Shown here: positions 61,337 to 64,000 of the stretch, piece after piece
How positions within the stretch are numbered: the stretch's first letter is position 1
How the letters are laid out: every line of letters starts with the position of its first letter
Assembly (NCBI RefSeq): GCF_023055435.1
Contig: NW_025963846.1
Coordinates: forward strand, 29,078,001 to 29,142,000
Direction: 5' to 3'
From: Haliotis rufescens
Taxonomy: Eukaryota
Length of the DNA stretch: 64,000 bases
The notes under the pieces: generated by a model
Database searches by the model: none
What the model saw: the letters and a program-made list of their open reading frames with translations, nothing else
Told to the model about the DNA's origin: nothing
Position numbers and translations under genes: made by a program

Positions 61337-62710
61337 TACTGAACCAAATTAAAAACTTCACAATCCTAAAATTTTAACATTTTGACTAGTTATCATTGTG
61401 GGCCCTTATTGTGTATTTAAACAGTAATGGCCACGTATTGTCTTTAGATAACACCCGTTTTTGTGCAGGTGAATCGATCAAAATCATGTGCACAGCACTA
61501 TAATGGCAAAGGTGTTTTTTCAGCCATACTTGTTAGCAGTCATTAACAAAAAAAGGAAAAACACAAGAAAACAAAAGTCTTTACGGCCATTTGTCATGCC
61601 AGGCCTTTCAAATGTGCAACGTGAACGTGCCATCGTCATGTTGCAGACGGGAACGTCCGTAGCTGAAGTCGCAAGGACGATGGGTTGTAGTCGACGGACT
61701 GTTTATGATTTACAGACGCGTCTACAGAAAACGGGTACCACCGCTGATCGCCCTCGGCCAGGTCGACCACGTGTGACGTCACATGCAGAGGATCGTCAGA
61801 TTGTCTTACGTCACCTCCGTAACCGATTTTTGACGGCTACATCAACCAGAAATAAACTGTTTAGGGGTAGACTGAGTGCGCAAACTGTTCGAAACCGTCT
61901 GAGAACTGCTCACCTTCAAGCACGACGGCCATACTGCGGGCCGATTCTGACTCAATTACACAGACGTCAACGTCAATTGTGGGCACAGCGACACTTAAGA
62001 TGGTCTCAGAGGAATTGGAATCAAGTCGTCTTCAGTGATGAATCCCGATTTAATCTTCGATTTGCTGATGGTAGGGCGAGGGTGTGGAGGCGCCGTCATG
62101 AACGTTACGCCCAGTGTTGTATACAGGAAGTTGACAGATTTCGAGGCGGAAGTGTCATGGTGTGGGGTGCTTTCTGTGGCAATGCACGTTCCAGGTTTCT
62201 TGTCATCCATGGCAACCTCAACGCTGCTGCTTACCGCGACCAGGTACTGGCACCAGAACGTCTGATTTTATGGCAGCACATGGACCCGGTTTGATCTTCT
62301 AACACGACAATGCCCGACCCCACACAGCAATTTTGACAAGGAATTTCCTTCAGAATGCGGGAGTCAACGTCATGGACTGGCCGTCAAGGTCTCCTGACCT
62401 CAATCCCATCGAACACGTCTGGGATGCTCTTGGCAGAAGTCTGCGCACTCTCCAGAACCAACCACAGAATTTGCAACATCTTGTCACCATTTTGCAGTAA
62501 CAATGGCGTCGTCTTCCCAATCATGTGTTCACAAGCATCACAAGGTCCATGCGGAGGCTTTGTGTGGCAGTTGTCAACGCACATGGTGGCCATACACGCT
62601 ACTGAACTTGTGTGCCATCAGATTCTCGTGCTTGGGACTTATATATGTTGTCTTCGATCCCTCACTCACTGATACCAATACATCTAAAAAGTAATGTCAT
62701 CATTTAAATG
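61337..62710 (+). mobile_element. Defective Tc1 transposon, copy 2
   Basis: Same frameshift, stops and flanks as copy 1 at offset 50,090. Confidence 0.92.
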
Positions 62711-63814
62711 GTGAGTTTAAACGCGTATTTTACCCTTACACACCCTTCCTGTCTGTTATCAATGTGTCACTGTTTACAGTTCGGGCGATCATAACCCTAT
62801 AGACATGTGTGCGGGCGAGTTCATTCATCAGAAATCTGTCATTTACGATGTGTTTATAAATATGAACTGCTAACCACGCTCATAGTCATGTTGCGTGTCG
62901 TGGTTAGAACCACGATCTATTGAAAGGTGTCATACATTCGTGTTCGGATATAGGTACAACATCTACAAGCACATACTTTCCTACATCATTCAAATGTTTT
63001 AAATACCGGATACGTTTAATAGACACCAACGAAAGAAAGGTTTAATGAGGGGAATACCCATATATATACTCTCTGAAATAACTCCCTTTTAAAATAACAA
63101 ATGTACAACACATGTTCCCTAACATATAATAAATACGGGACACTGGTCACACAATTTATGAATGGGAAGCTTCAGGCGAGGCTGTTATGTTAACATTATT
63201 GTAAGGCCGGGGTATGTTGACATTGTTATGGGCGGTCGGTCGCTTAGTCTCTCTGCTATACATTAGCTCATTCTTGCGCGCTAAATGTAAACTACACTGC
63301 TAGCTTGCTGATTGTGTAGTCTTATCTATTTTGTCTATATTTGTTTCTATACAGGTTGTCTAACGTTCATGGTGTACAACTTGTAGACCGTACAAGATGA
63401 ATTTGATCCAGCTAGACGTACATTTATTATTCCTACATTACCCGGCGTATATCATGTTGACTCAACCCGTCTCTATAGTGCTACTTGTACTTTCAACACA
63501 CACCCTGCATTCATCAAACCAGGTCGCACGCTCTAGTGCGGTGTCACGCTCTGATAGGGGGTGGGGGGTGGGGGGTGGGGGGTAGAAAACACAGTCATAG
63601 GCTGGATTGGATTCAGTAGAATGCAGTTGAGAAATGTAATGTAACGATAACTTTATGCGACATTTAAGTGACGGTTCATCAGCCTCCACATACAGACAAT
63701 CCATCGGAGAAGTTCTGAAGGCCCAAAGGCAAAGCCTCAGACCTTGATGAATTTTTTTCAAATTCACTTTACAAGCACCACCATAGATATAGAGCGGATG
63801 AGCGCTCTGTACAG

Positions 63815-64000
63815 TGGGAGGGGTGTTTTTGGGAGTGGGTGTGGGTGTGGGTGTGGGTGTGGGTGTGGGAGTGGGTGTGGGAGTGGGTGTGGGTGTGGGA
63901 GTGGGAGTGGGAGTGGGTGTGGGTTTGGGTGTGGGTGTGTATTGTGGGAGTGGGTGTGGGTGTGGGTGTGGGTGTGGGTGTGGGTTTCGGTGTGGGTTTG
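63815..64000. repeat. Start of second G/T hexamer satellite
   Basis: GGGTGT repeats with the same left flank as at 13720. Confidence 0.95.

Noticed and set aside
61488-62294. Active Tc1 transposition producing the second copy
   Set aside because: Same frameshift, stops and flanks as copy 1, so it was copied by segmental duplication.

Overview
Repeat-rich eukaryotic DNA; the SINE, LINE and Penelope types suggest a mollusc, possibly a gastropod (inference). The core is a tandem array of minus-strand, intronless kinase-fold genes in three subfamilies: four A copies, three B copies and one disrupted A/B-mosaic C copy. All lack both catalytic aspartates (HRD->HRN/HGN, DFG->GFG) but keep the beta3 Lys, the alphaC Glu, the PE motif and the alphaF Asp. 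The seven intact copies end in a hydrophobic tail anchor. Each subfamily has its own low-complexity activation-loop insert; in A it is a copy-number-variable HDGGHFGV octarepeat. The genes sit in ~7.7-7.8 kb units (41-bp satellite, tRNA-SINE, MITE, A, B, SINEs), and a Tc1 plus GT-satellite block recurs at an offset of 50,090 bp. The C unit (16.8-35.9 kb) is inflated by nested elements: two hairpin-ended elements, a Penelope, RNase H LINEs, a foldback element with a 9-bp TSD, and CR1 and RTE-X-like relics. No prokaryotic features or CRISPR array are supported.
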